Assembly: GCA_014240455.1 (NCBI GenBank)
Contig: JAAZWY010000004.1
Coordinates: 1-36,087 of the forward strand
DNA from: Nanobdellota archaeon
GTDB lineage: Archaea > Nanobdellota > Nanobdellia > UBA10117 > ARS21
Direction of reading: 5' to 3'
DNA: 36,087 bases
The notes under the pieces were generated by a model. That model worked only from the letters and a program-made list of their open reading frames with translations. It ran no database searches and was not told the DNA's origin. The position numbers and the translations under genes are program-made. Positions 8,681 through 18,079 of this stretch are shown here, piece after piece. Numbering within the stretch: the stretch's first letter is position 1; each line of letters opens with the position of its first letter.

Positions 8681-9241
8681 TTAAAGCTTTTTTCGCTTAG
8701 TTACTTTGATTGTCTTTTTTCGTTTAGTGGCTACTTTTTTCTTTTTGGTAACTTTTGGAGTTGTTGAACCTAAATTGACTCTAGAACTAATTGGTTTCAA
8801 ATTCTTGCCCATTGCTTCGGCCATCTGCTTTAACTTCTCAGGATCAATTTGATTTCTCTTCCATTCTCCAATTGCTTTATCATCTTGGAATCTTGGAATA
8901 ATATGAAAATGAACGTGTGGAACTTCTTGACCTGCTGCTGCACCATTGTTTTGGAATACATTAATTCCGTGAGCTCCAGTCATCTCGAAAATTGCGCCAG
9001 AAAGATACTTAACAACTTTCATAAGGTGTGTAGCTAAATCATCTGGCATTTGTGGAAGTACAATATAATGTTCTTTTGGAATAACTAACGTATGCCCTGC
9101 ATTAACTGGATTTATATCTAGAAAAGCATATACTTTGCTATCTTCATAAATCTTAAAGGAGGGAATTTCCCCCTCAATTATCTTACAAAATATGCATTGT
9201 GCCTTGCTAGCTTCCAGAACTTGCTGAGGTGTTTGTGCCAT
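8681..9241 (-). CDS. HIT-family nucleotide hydrolase with Lys-rich C-terminal tail
   Basis: CIFCKII, AFLDINP..GHTLVIPK, GQEVPHVHFHIIPR histidine triad. Confidence 0.93.
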   Translation of the reverse strand: MAQTPQQVLEASKAQCIFCKIIEGEIPSFKIYEDSKVYAFLDINPVNAGHTLVIPKEHYIVLPQMPDDLATHLMKVVKYLSGAIFEMTGAHGINVFQNNGAAAGQEVPHVHFHIIPRFQDDKAIGEWKRNQIDPEKLKQMAEAMGKNLKPISSRVNLGSTTPKVTKKKKVATKRKKTIKVTKRKKL

Positions 9242-9261
9242 AATAGTGATATTAATCAAAA

Positions 9262-9270
9262 CTTTTAAGA
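9262..9270. promoter_or_regulatory. Candidate shared bidirectional TATA box (HIT / cysS)
   Basis: CTTTTAAGA lies midway between divergent ATGs at 9241 and 9293 (-28..-21 and -30..-23). Confidence 0.55.
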
Positions 9271-9292
9271 CTTCTCAATTTCTTTATTATTT

Positions 9293-10681
9293 ATGACTTT
9301 GAAGTTATACAATTCACTTACAAAAAAGAAGGAACTCTTCAAACCAATCTCGAAAAGAGAAGTCAAAATATATTCTTGCGGACCAACAGTATACAATTAT
9401 ATTCATATTGGAAACCATAGAACTTTCTTAATGAGTGATTTCCTTAAACGTGCTCTAAAGTTTAATAAGCATAATATAAAACATATTATGAATATAACTG
9501 ATATTGGTCATCTAACTTCTGATGCAGATTCTGGAGAAGATAAGATGTTGGCTGCTGCAAAGAAAGAAAGAAAATCAGTCTGGGATATTGCAAAATTTTA
9601 TACTGATGCATTCAAAAATGATCTAAAATCATTAAATATTATTGCTCCAAATAAATTCACTAGAGCAACCGAGCATATCCGCGCACAAATTACTATGATA
9701 AAACGTTTAGAGAAAAATGGTTTTACATATATTAAAGATGGAAATGTATATTTTGACACTTCGAAATACTCAAACAAAAAATTGGGTGGAGGAAATATAA
9801 AACAACGTGCAAGAGTAAAAAAGGATCCTAACAAGAAACAACAAAATGACTTCGTTCTTTGGTTCACAAAATCAAAATTTCAAGATCAAGATATGAAGTG
9901 GGATTCACCCTGGGGATTGGGTTATCCAGGTTGGCACATTGAATGTTCAGCAATGGCTACAAAATTCCTAGGAACTCAATTTGACATTCACACAGGCGGG
10001 GAAGATTTGAAGCAAATACATCATAATAATGAAATTGCTCAATCCGAGGCTGCAACTTCTCAAAAACCTTGGGTAAATTATTGGGTACATGGTGCTTTTC
10101 TAGTTAATAAAAATAAAGGAAAGATGGCTCGTTCTTCTGGTGACTTTGTAACAATTCCAAATCTTGAAACAGCAGGATTTGATGCGTTAGATTTTAGATA
10201 TTTGACGCTTGGAACTCATTATCGAAAACAGATGCTCTTCAGTGAAACTGCATTAAAATCTGCTCAGAGTGCGAGAAAGAAATTATTTAGCACATATATC
10301 GAATTAAGATCTGGAGGCAGGGGTTCATTAAAGTCCACCAAACTTGGTGATAAATATTTCAAACAATTTACTGACTCAGTCAATGATGATCTAAACTTAC
10401 CTAAGGCATTAGCAACAACTTGGGCTGTATTAAATGATAAAAAGGTTCCAGATAAAGAAAAAGTATATTTGCTTTTAAGATTTGATAATATTTTTGGATT
10501 TAATCTAAGAAAATTAAAGTCTAAATCAATACCTTTCCGAATAAAGCGGCTAGCAGAAAAGAGATTGAAAGCACGACTAAAGAAAGATTTTAAGACTGCA
10601 GACAAACTAAGAAAGATGCTTAAAGCAAAAGGTTATGAGATAGAGGACACTATCAAAAGCTACGTTCTAAAAAGGAAATAG
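9293..10681 (+). CDS. cysS: Cysteinyl-tRNA synthetase
   Basis: YSCGPTVY, HIGN, GYPGWHIECSAM, DIHTGGEDL..HHNNE, KMARS (KMSKS variant). Confidence 0.97.
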   Translation: MTLKLYNSLTKKKELFKPISKREVKIYSCGPTVYNYIHIGNHRTFLMSDFLKRALKFNKHNIKHIMNITDIGHLTSDADSGEDKMLAAAKKERKSVWDIAKFYTDAFKNDLKSLNIIAPNKFTRATEHIRAQITMIKRLEKNGFTYIKDGNVYFDTSKYSNKKLGGGNIKQRARVKKDPNKKQQNDFVLWFTKSKFQDQDMKWDSPWGLGYPGWHIECSAMATKFLGTQFDIHTGGEDLKQIHHNNEIAQSEAATSQKPWVNYWVHGAFLVNKNKGKMARSSGDFVTIPNLETAGFDALDFRYLTLGTHYRKQMLFSETALKSAQSARKKLFSTYIELRSGGRGSLKSTKLGDKYFKQFTDSVNDDLNLPKALATTWAVLNDKKVPDKEKVYLLLRFDNIFGFNLRKLKSKSIPFRIKRLAEKRLKARLKKDFKTADKLRKMLKAKGYEIEDTIKSYVLKRK

Positions 10682-10690
10682 AGTCACAAC

Positions 10691-10861
10691 TTAACAATAA
10701 GCGTGACCCATAAAGAGTTTCTTCAAACCCCATAAAATTAGTAAGCCACCAAAAGCTTGTTCAAGTGAAAAACCTCCGCTGTAGGTCATCCAACCTAATG
10801 CGATAAGCAACAAGCCATAAATAGCATACCAATAATTCATAGTATTGGTCTTTTTTGCCAT
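10691..10861 (-). CDS. Small two-helix membrane protein (56 aa), not in ORF track
   Basis: MAKKTNTMNYWYAIYGLLLIALGWMTYSGGFSLEQAFGGLLILWGLKKLFMGHAYC*; fills the cysS-tRNA gap; TTATATAC at -28..-21. Confidence 0.75.
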   Translation of the reverse strand: MAKKTNTMNYWYAIYGLLLIALGWMTYSGGFSLEQAFGGLLILWGLKKLFMGHAYC

Positions 10862-10912
10862 TCCCAAAAATCACATTTGAAGTATATAAGTTTAATCCGA
10901 AAAACTGACTCA

Positions 10913-10934
10913 GAAAGGGTTTTAAAGTAAAAAT
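10913..10934 (+). promoter_or_regulatory. BRE/TATA promoter of tRNA-Cys
   Basis: GAAA at -37..-34, TTTTAAAG at -30..-23 from 10950. Confidence 0.65.
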
Positions 10935-10949
10935 CAGCCCTAAAACTAC

Positions 10950-11023
10950 GCGCGGGTGGCCAAGTCCGGTAAGGCGTCAGGTTGCAGTCCTGACATTCGG
11001 GGGTTCAAATCCCTCCCCGCGCT
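10950..11023 (+). tRNA. tRNA-Cys(GCA)
   Basis: GCGCGGG/CCCGCGC acceptor with U discriminator, TCAGG-TT-GCA-GT-CCTGA anticodon arm, GGGGG-TTCAAAT-CCCTC T-arm. Confidence 0.95.
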
Positions 11024-11061
11024 TCAAAAACATTTTAATAGATTCAACTAGTTTTATCATA

Positions 11062-11337
11062 ATGGACTTTTCAAGGCTAACAAGATCTCAGAAAAAGCGT
11101 GCTACTTTTCTATCAAAAAAACGAAGAAAAAGACAGAAAGAATTTGAACAACAAATCTCAATTATTCGTCACTTCATGCTCGCATTCACAGCAGGAATTG
11201 GGTTCATTTTATTGTGGAGCGGAATTAGTCGTTGGAGTGGTGAATTCATGAGTTATGGCGAAGCAATGGCCGTAGGACTTGGATTGTTAATCGTTAGTGG
11301 ATTTATGACTAAAATATTTATCAAAAACTTCTCTTAA
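11062..11337 (+). CDS. Hypothetical small membrane protein (basic N-terminus, 2 TM)
   Basis: KKRRKRQK stretch followed by two hydrophobic helices; TTTTAATA at -29..-22. Confidence 0.7.
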   Translation: MDFSRLTRSQKKRATFLSKKRRKRQKEFEQQISIIRHFMLAFTAGIGFILLWSGISRWSGEFMSYGEAMAVGLGLLIVSGFMTKIFIKNFS

Positions 11338-11377
11338 ACAGCAAAATACTTTTAATTATGCATAATAATCAACCTTC

Positions 11378-11767
11378 ATGCCAATTGTATATCCTCATGA
11401 GTTCATAGCGCGAACCGCAATACATTCAGTTAAGGCTGGGCTCGCAAAAGAGCTTAAAACACGAGGAATTTCTCAAAAAGATATCGCAAGATTAATGAAT
11501 TCTCAAGTTTCAGCAATTTCGCAATATGTGAATGGTCAAAGAGGTGGAAGTTATGAGCTTTCAGAAAACGTAATGAACCTATTAAGTGCTGTTGCTGAAG
11601 CAATTCATGAAGAACCTACTGAAGAATTATTGAAGTATGGCGTCTCTCAAATTTGCAATAAAATCATTGAAGAAGAGTATGGTTACAATTTTGATGAAGA
11701 AGAAGAAAACGCAATAGAGGAAATAGAAGAAACGCAATACGAGAGCGATATTGATTTGTCTGATTAA
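11378..11767 (+). CDS. Archaeal HTH transcriptional regulator (COG2522-like) with acidic tail
   Basis: P.E......I..VKAGLAKEL..RGISQKDIARLMNSQVSAISQY..G.RG helix-turn-helix pattern. Confidence 0.8.
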   Translation: MPIVYPHEFIARTAIHSVKAGLAKELKTRGISQKDIARLMNSQVSAISQYVNGQRGGSYELSENVMNLLSAVAEAIHEEPTEELLKYGVSQICNKIIEEEYGYNFDEEEENAIEEIEETQYESDIDLSD

Positions 11768-11814
11768 GAGGGCAAATCCTTAAATTTTAAAGCTTTTACA
11801 ACTAACAATATACC

Positions 11815-12207
11815 ATGGAAAACAACGAAAAAATGCCTGAAGAACAACGAAAAAATGAAGACGCAGATGATGAAAGTTTACCTTTCCCACGCGCAAGAGT
11901 GGTAAGATTAATGCGAGCTTCAATCACTGACGGAAAGCAAATTCGATCTGAAGTTAAAGACTCACTAAATCTATGGCTTGGAAACTTAGTTGCAAAAGTT
12001 GCACGTGAAATGGACAATTCTCCGTATGGATCAATTGGACTTGCAGACTTCCAAAGAGCAACAGCGCCTTTCGACCAAATTGCAAATCTAGTAAAGGATG
12101 AAGAAAGACTTCATTTAAGTCTTGAAAAACTTAAAGTTGATGCTGACCAAGTTCAAAGAGATATGAGAAGATTCTTCACTCAAATTAAAGGCGAAGAATC
12201 AGAATAA
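11815..12207 (+). CDS. Histone-fold protein with C-terminal coiled-coil extension
   Basis: LPFPRARVVRLMR (alpha1), KQIRSEVKDSL (L1/alpha2), SIGLADF (L2/alpha3), then a heptad-like helix; acidic N-tail. Confidence 0.75.
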   Translation: MENNEKMPEEQRKNEDADDESLPFPRARVVRLMRASITDGKQIRSEVKDSLNLWLGNLVAKVAREMDNSPYGSIGLADFQRATAPFDQIANLVKDEERLHLSLEKLKVDADQVQRDMRRFFTQIKGEESE

Positions 12208-14537
12208 TGACTATTATTGATGTTGTCTATTCAGAAGACAGCCAACGGCATCTTAAATTAATCAAGACTCTCGACAATAGAAAAGTCGTGGAAGAAATTG
12301 ATGCACCAGAACCTTATTTTATGGCGCTTCCAAATAATTTGGAACAAGCAAAAAAAGATATTCTTGGACTCACTTATGAATTCAAAGAAAGGAAAACAAA
12401 CGTTATTCGGGTTGAGCAAGTAACTAAGAACTTTCAAAACAAAGAAACTGAATTTTTGAAAATTGTAGTGAATTTTCCTCGTGAAGTTCCCGTCATTAGA
12501 GAAACAATACGCGAATTGTCAAGCATTACTGAAGTTTATGAATCAGATATCCCTTATGTTTTCCGTTCAATTCTTGATAATAAAATAGAATTGTACAAAG
12601 ACTTCAAACCAAAGATTCTTGCCTTCGATATTGAGACTACAAGCGATGGAAGTTTTCCAGATCCTTTGACTGACAAAATTGTATCAATTTCTTATTACAG
12701 TAAAGATTTTGAAAAGGTTACAATTACTCGTGATTTTAAGAAAAAACACAAATACATAAATTCGGTTTCATCAGAAAAAGAACTTTTAGAAGATTTCAGA
12801 GAAACAATAAATAAATTTCAACCAGATATTCTAACTGGATACAATTCAGATATATTTGATATGTGGTTCATTAAAGAACGTGCTTCAAAAAATAAAGTAA
12901 AATTGAAATTAGCTCCACTGAACGAGGAACCAATTTATACGCGAGGAGCAAGAAATGCTAAGCCAGTAAAAATAAATGGTATAACTCATTTGGACACATA
13001 TATTTTCATTAGAAATGCGCTTGCTCCAAGACTAAAAACAAACTCACTATCTTTAGATAATGTTGCTGAAGAGATGCTCGGACAAAAGAAATTAGAATTG
13101 GGAGTTCTTCCTCATGAAGCTTGGTTAGATGACAGTGATGAAAATATGAATCGCTTTTCGGAATATAATTTACTAGATTCTAAATTAACTTATCTACTTG
13201 CAGAAAAAATATTGCCAATCGCATTACAATTCTCAAGATTCACAGGGCTTCCATTATTTGATGTTACTCGGATGAGATATGGAAGATTGGTAGAACAATT
13301 CATCATCAAGAGTGCAATTGAACAAAACAGAATAATTGAGAACCGGCCTTCAAACGATGAAATAATGAGACGCAGATCAACTCAGGCAGAAGGCGCATTC
13401 GTATATCAACCAACGCCAGGAGTATACAAAGACGTTCGAGTTTTCGACTTTAGTAGTTTGTATCCTACAATTCTAATTGCTCACAATATCGATAAATATA
13501 CAATGAAATCTGAGGGGACTGATAACGAAAAAATAAATCTCCCTGACAAAACAATCTTTTTTGATAAATCAAAACAAGGATTTGTTCCAGAACTTATTGA
13601 AAGAATAATTACACGAAGATTTGAGGTGAAAAAACTGATGAGAACTTGTGAAAAGGATTCTGACAAACATAGAACTCTTGATGCAGAATCTTACGGTCTA
13701 AAAATCTTAGCAAACTCTTTCTACGGATATTTAGCATTCTTCGGAGCAAGATGGTATTCATTAGATTGTGCAAGATCAATAACTGCAATGGGTAGAAAAT
13801 ATATTCACGACACAATTGACTTGGCAGAAAAACATAACATAAAAGTAATTTACGGAGATACTGATTCTGTATTTTTGATTAATTCAGACAATATGGATAA
13901 ATTCAAAGATGAAGCTAATGAAAGACTTCCTAATCCCATGGAGCTTGAAGAAGAAGGATTGTTTAAATCAGGAGTATTTTTAGAAAAGAAAGGTTCGGGT
14001 GCTGGAGCAAAGAAAAGATATGCACTTATGGATCAAAATAACAAAATGATTATCAAAGGTTTAGAAGCAAGACGAGGAGATTGGTCAAAACTCGCACAAA
14101 AAGCTCAAGTTGAAACTCTAAATACCATCTTAACTGAAGTGGATGGAAAACCTGCTTTGGAAAAGATTCAAAAAATAATTTCAGATATTCGAAACAAAAA
14201 AATTGATATGCAAGATTTAATCATTACAAACAAATTAACAAAACAAATACATGAATATAAAACAAAAGGTCCTCAAGTTGCAGCAGGGGAATTGTTAGCT
14301 CAAACGGGAATTAAAGTTGGTGCAGGAACAATTGTAAAATATGTAATTACTAAAGGAAGCTCAAAACGAATACGTGACCGAGTAAAATTACCTGAAACTA
14401 CGAGTCTTGAAGAAATTGATGAAGATTATTATATCAACAATCAATTAATTGGCGCAACATATAAAATTCTTGAACTGTTTGGTTACTCAGAAGAACAAAT
14501 CAAAAACCTTAATACCGGTCTTGACCAATGGTTCTAA
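12207..14537 (+). CDS. polB: Family B DNA polymerase (single chain, no intein)
   Basis: Exo motifs FDIET, GYNSDIFD, YNLLD; Pol motifs DFSSLYP, KILANSFYG, YGDTDS, KKRY; YESDIPY N-terminal pocket motif. Confidence 0.97.
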   Translation: MTIIDVVYSEDSQRHLKLIKTLDNRKVVEEIDAPEPYFMALPNNLEQAKKDILGLTYEFKERKTNVIRVEQVTKNFQNKETEFLKIVVNFPREVPVIRETIRELSSITEVYESDIPYVFRSILDNKIELYKDFKPKILAFDIETTSDGSFPDPLTDKIVSISYYSKDFEKVTITRDFKKKHKYINSVSSEKELLEDFRETINKFQPDILTGYNSDIFDMWFIKERASKNKVKLKLAPLNEEPIYTRGARNAKPVKINGITHLDTYIFIRNALAPRLKTNSLSLDNVAEEMLGQKKLELGVLPHEAWLDDSDENMNRFSEYNLLDSKLTYLLAEKILPIALQFSRFTGLPLFDVTRMRYGRLVEQFIIKSAIEQNRIIENRPSNDEIMRRRSTQAEGAFVYQPTPGVYKDVRVFDFSSLYPTILIAHNIDKYTMKSEGTDNEKINLPDKTIFFDKSKQGFVPELIERIITRRFEVKKLMRTCEKDSDKHRTLDAESYGLKILANSFYGYLAFFGARWYSLDCARSITAMGRKYIHDTIDLAEKHNIKVIYGDTDSVFLINSDNMDKFKDEANERLPNPMELEEEGLFKSGVFLEKKGSGAGAKKRYALMDQNNKMIIKGLEARRGDWSKLAQKAQVETLNTILTEVDGKPALEKIQKIISDIRNKKIDMQDLIITNKLTKQIHEYKTKGPQVAAGELLAQTGIKVGAGTIVKYVITKGSSKRIRDRVKLPETTSLEEIDEDYYINNQLIGATYKILELFGYSEEQIKNLNTGLDQWF

Positions 14538-14543
14538 ATTAAG

Positions 14544-15434
14544 ATGGCACTAACTAAAGACGTACTAGCAAAATACAAGAAAGCCAGTGAGATTTCCAAG
14601 AAAGTAAAAACATATGGTAAATCTCTAGCAAAACCTGGAGTATCATATTTAGAATTATCAGAAAAGATCGAAGCTAAAACTCGGGAGCTCGGTGCAGAGT
14701 TGGCATTCCCAGCAAATCTCTCAGTAAATGATGTGGCTGCACATTATTGCGCTACGCACAACGATAAAAACGTGCTAAAGAAAGGAGATTTAGTAAAATT
14801 AGATGTGGGTATACAGATAGATGGATATATCGTAGATAGCGCAATTTCATTCGGAATTGAAACAAAAGCGCACGATAAGATGATAAAAACAGCAAGATCT
14901 GCACTTGACAATGCGATAAAAGTTATCAAGCCCGGGGTTAAAGTATCAGAGATTGGCGCTCAAATAGAGACTACGATAGAAAAGGCAGGTTTCAAAGTAA
15001 TCAAAAATCTATCAGGACACGGACTTGATCAATATGTTGTACATGCAGGATACAACATTCCAAATTATGATAATAAAAGTAATGAAGCTTTGAAAAAAGG
15101 TGATGTAATTGCAATTGAACCTTTCGTAACAAATGGTCGTGGTGGTGTAAAGGAAGGTCAAAGTTCAGGAATATATGAATTATATCAAACAAAACCAGTT
15201 AGAATGTATAAAGAAATCTTGAAACACATTGTTGAAACTTACAAAACCCTTCCTTTCTCAGAAAGAGAACTACAAAAGACATTTGGGCCGTTGAAAACAC
15301 GGTTAGCTCTGGGAATGTTTGTTAGAGCCGGAATTCTTCACGATCATAAAGTACTTCTTGAAGAAAAAGGATCATACGTAGCTCAATTCGAACATACAAT
15401 AATTATTGATGACAAACCAATTATTCTAGGCTAA
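14544..15434 (+). CDS. map: Methionine aminopeptidase type II
   Basis: AAHY, KLDVGIQIDGYIVDSA, NLSGH, AIEPF, AQFEHTI. Confidence 0.96.
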   Translation: MALTKDVLAKYKKASEISKKVKTYGKSLAKPGVSYLELSEKIEAKTRELGAELAFPANLSVNDVAAHYCATHNDKNVLKKGDLVKLDVGIQIDGYIVDSAISFGIETKAHDKMIKTARSALDNAIKVIKPGVKVSEIGAQIETTIEKAGFKVIKNLSGHGLDQYVVHAGYNIPNYDNKSNEALKKGDVIAIEPFVTNGRGGVKEGQSSGIYELYQTKPVRMYKEILKHIVETYKTLPFSERELQKTFGPLKTRLALGMFVRAGILHDHKVLLEEKGSYVAQFEHTIIIDDKPIILG

Positions 15435-15468
15435 TTTTGAATAAAAAGCTTCTAAATAATTATCCAAA

Positions 15469-17754
15469 TTAACCCATATAGCTTGGGCCATTACTTGGCG
15501 CAGCTACAGATGCAGCCTCAAGTGCTTCGCGATATTTATTCAATTCAAGTTTACTCAAAGATGGTTGTACTTTCTTCAGAGCCTCAGTGAAATGTTTCTT
15601 CATAACAACACCCTTACTTTTCTTTCCTTCTTTGACTTCTCTCAAAACAATCATTGCGGCCTCTCTGACAACAGCCTCAATATCTGCTCCAGAATATCCT
15701 TCAGTATCTTTGGCCAAAGTTGCTAATAAAACTTCCTTGGATAACGGAACTTCTTTAGTATGAACTTTGAAAATCTCAACTCTTGCATCTTTGTTTGGAG
15801 GACTTACTAATAAGTGTCTATCAAATCGTCCAGGTCTTAACAATGCTGCATCAACTAATTCAGGTCTATTGGTTGCAGCAAGAACTACAACATCACTCAA
15901 TTCTTCAACACCATCAATCTCAGTTAAAATTTGATTGACTACGCTCTCGGAAGCTTTTGAACTTTCGTTACCTTGTCTAGCTCCAGCAATAGAATCTATC
16001 TCATCAAAGAAAATAACTGCTGGTGCAACTTGCTTAGCCTTCTTGAAAATTTCTCGAACTGCTTTTTCAGATTCTCCAACCCATTTATTCAATAGTTCTG
16101 GACCCTTAACTGAAATAAAGTTTGCCTCGCTTTCAGTTGCAACTGCTTTAGCAAGTAAAGTCTTACCTGTTCCTGGCGGTCCATAAAGTAAAATTCCTCG
16201 CGGAGGTCTGATTCCCATATCTGTGAACATTTTTCGATTCTTGATTGGCCATTCAACAGATTCAATTAATTCGTCCTTGGTTTTTTCAAGACCACCAATT
16301 CGTTCCCAAGGAACATTTGGAGTCTCAACTAAAATTTCTCTCATCGCTGAAGGAGTTACATTCTTCAGTGCGTCTTTGAAGTCTGCCATTCGAACTACTA
16401 GTTTCTTCATAATCTCTTCAGTTAGCGGTTCATCATCTTTTAGATCGTGCTTCATAATAACTCGACGAATAACATTCATCGCAGCTTCTTTTGCCAGCGA
16501 TTCTAAATCTGCTCCGACAAAACCATGAGTAACTTCCGCTAGTTCTCCAAGATTAACATTTCTTGCAAGCGGCATGTTTCTAGTGTGAATTTTTAATACT
16601 TGTAATCGACCCTCTTTATTTGGAACTCCAATTTCAATTTCTCTGTCGAATCTTCCACCACGTCTAAGTGCCGGATCAAGTGCATCTTCTCGGTTTGTTG
16701 CAGCGATAACAATAACTTTTCCTCGACCTTTCATTCCATCCATCAAAGTTAGTAACTGTGCAACTACTCTACGTTCGACTTCGCCATAACTCTCTTCTCG
16801 CTTTGGTGCGATTGCATCAATTTCATCAATAAATATAATACTTGGAGCTTCTTTTTCAGCTTCATCAAAAATAGCTCTAATTTTCTTTTCAGCATCTCCT
16901 ACAAACTTGCTCATAATTTCTGGACCATTAATCAAGTGAAAAGATGCTTGTGATTCTGATGCGACTGCTTTAGCCAACAAAGTCTTACCTGTTCCTGGCG
17001 GTCCATAAAGTAGAACTCCTTTTGGAGGTTGAATTCCTAAACGATCAAATAGTTCCGGTCGCTTCATTGGAATTTCAATCATTTCTCGAACTTTTTCTAC
17101 TTCACCTTTAAGTCCACCAATGTCTTCGTAAGAAACATCTGGTACTGCATCTTCTGAAATTTGAACAGCTTCAGATTTCAATTCGATTTTAGTATCTTCA
17201 GTAATTAGAACTGCACCCTTTGGTGTTGCACTAACAACTGCAAACCGTAATCCTGACATAAATGGTAATGCTCCACCAATATCTAACCCTGCTAGTGCTT
17301 CTGCAAATTCCATTAGTGGATCCCCACGGTTATTGAATCGTCTTCGCCGTGAAGTGCTGATTGTGACTATATCTCCCTTAGATACTGGACGTCTAAGAAG
17401 TGCTCTTTGAAACATTTGTGCTGGTGCTTTAATTCTTACACCTTTTTGTGCTGGTGCCAAGGTAACTTTTTTAGCAACTTCAACTTCAGCTGCACGAATA
17501 GTAACTCTTTCAGAAACACTAGTTCCTGAATTTTTTCTGGTCAAAGGATCCATTCGAATGGTTCCAAGACCTAAATCTGCTGGAAAAGCTCTACCTGCAA
17601 TCGCAACAGTTTTTTTATCACCTTGAATTTCAACAAAATCACCCTGTTCAATTCCAAGTTTCTTCAAAAATTCATTTTCAATTCTGACAACACCTTTATC
17701 TACGTCGTCTTGAACTGCTTCTTGGACTTTTAAGATAATTTCATCTTTAGCCAT
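15469..17754 (-). CDS. cdc48: Cdc48/VCP (VAT) AAA+ ATPase
   Basis: N-domain plus two AAA modules (GPPGTGKT twice; IFIDEID and IFFDEID; [10 protein letters not shown] and [10 protein letters not shown]). Confidence 0.97.
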   Translation of the reverse strand: MAKDEIILKVQEAVQDDVDKGVVRIENEFLKKLGIEQGDFVEIQGDKKTVAIAGRAFPADLGLGTIRMDPLTRKNSGTSVSERVTIRAAEVEVAKKVTLAPAQKGVRIKAPAQMFQRALLRRPVSKGDIVTISTSRRRRFNNRGDPLMEFAEALAGLDIGGALPFMSGLRFAVVSATPKGAVLITEDTKIELKSEAVQISEDAVPDVSYEDIGGLKGEVEKVREMIEIPMKRPELFDRLGIQPPKGVLLYGPPGTGKTLLAKAVASESQASFHLINGPEIMSKFVGDAEKKIRAIFDEAEKEAPSIIFIDEIDAIAPKREESYGEVERRVVAQLLTLMDGMKGRGKVIVIAATNREDALDPALRRGGRFDREIEIGVPNKEGRLQVLKIHTRNMPLARNVNLGELAEVTHGFVGADLESLAKEAAMNVIRRVIMKHDLKDDEPLTEEIMKKLVVRMADFKDALKNVTPSAMREILVETPNVPWERIGGLEKTKDELIESVEWPIKNRKMFTDMGIRPPRGILLYGPPGTGKTLLAKAVATESEANFISVKGPELLNKWVGESEKAVREIFKKAKQVAPAVIFFDEIDSIAGARQGNESSKASESVVNQILTEIDGVEELSDVVVLAATNRPELVDAALLRPGRFDRHLLVSPPNKDARVEIFKVHTKEVPLSKEVLLATLAKDTEGYSGADIEAVVREAAMIVLREVKEGKKSKGVVMKKHFTEALKKVQPSLSKLELNKYREALEAASVAAPSNGPSYMG

Positions 17755-17801
17755 AACGAACAAAAAACATTAAATTTTAAAAGAGGATTGAGTGGATGCT
17801 C

Positions 17802-18041
17802 TCACTTTCTCTTTCTTACTCGATTTTTGGCAGTTACTAACATATGTGGAGCTCTTTCTTGTGCGACATCAAATGCCCAATCTTCAAAACCTTGTTCAAG
17901 TAAAGAATTTACAAGTCGCTCTGCTGCTTCTTGATCAGCATTAGCTCTAACTTTTCGCATATACGCGGCTTTTCTAGCCTTAACTTCAGGCTTTTGATTA
18001 TATCCTTTCATATACTTTTTCTTGTGAGTAGATACTACCAT
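17802..18041 (-). CDS. Small basic hypothetical protein (79 aa)
   Basis: Fills the cdc48-radB gap; TTTTTATA at -29..-22 from ATG 18041; Lys/Arg-rich termini. Confidence 0.7.
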   Translation of the reverse strand: MVVSTHKKKYMKGYNQKPEVKARKAAYMRKVRANADQEAAERLVNSLLEQGFEDWAFDVAQERAPHMLVTAKNRVRKRK

Positions 18042-18079
18042 ATACAATATCTTAAATGTCAATATAAAAACATTATGAA

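Noticed and set aside
10120-10134. KMARS instead of KMSKS in CysRS as a sign of inactivation
   Set aside because: All other catalytic and Zn-ligand motifs are intact and the change is conservative.
12207-14537. Split or intein-containing PolB (also checked RadA, TopA, Lon and the visible part of DP2)
   Set aside because: Lengths and motif spacing are those of uninterrupted proteins; no intein-sized insertion seen.
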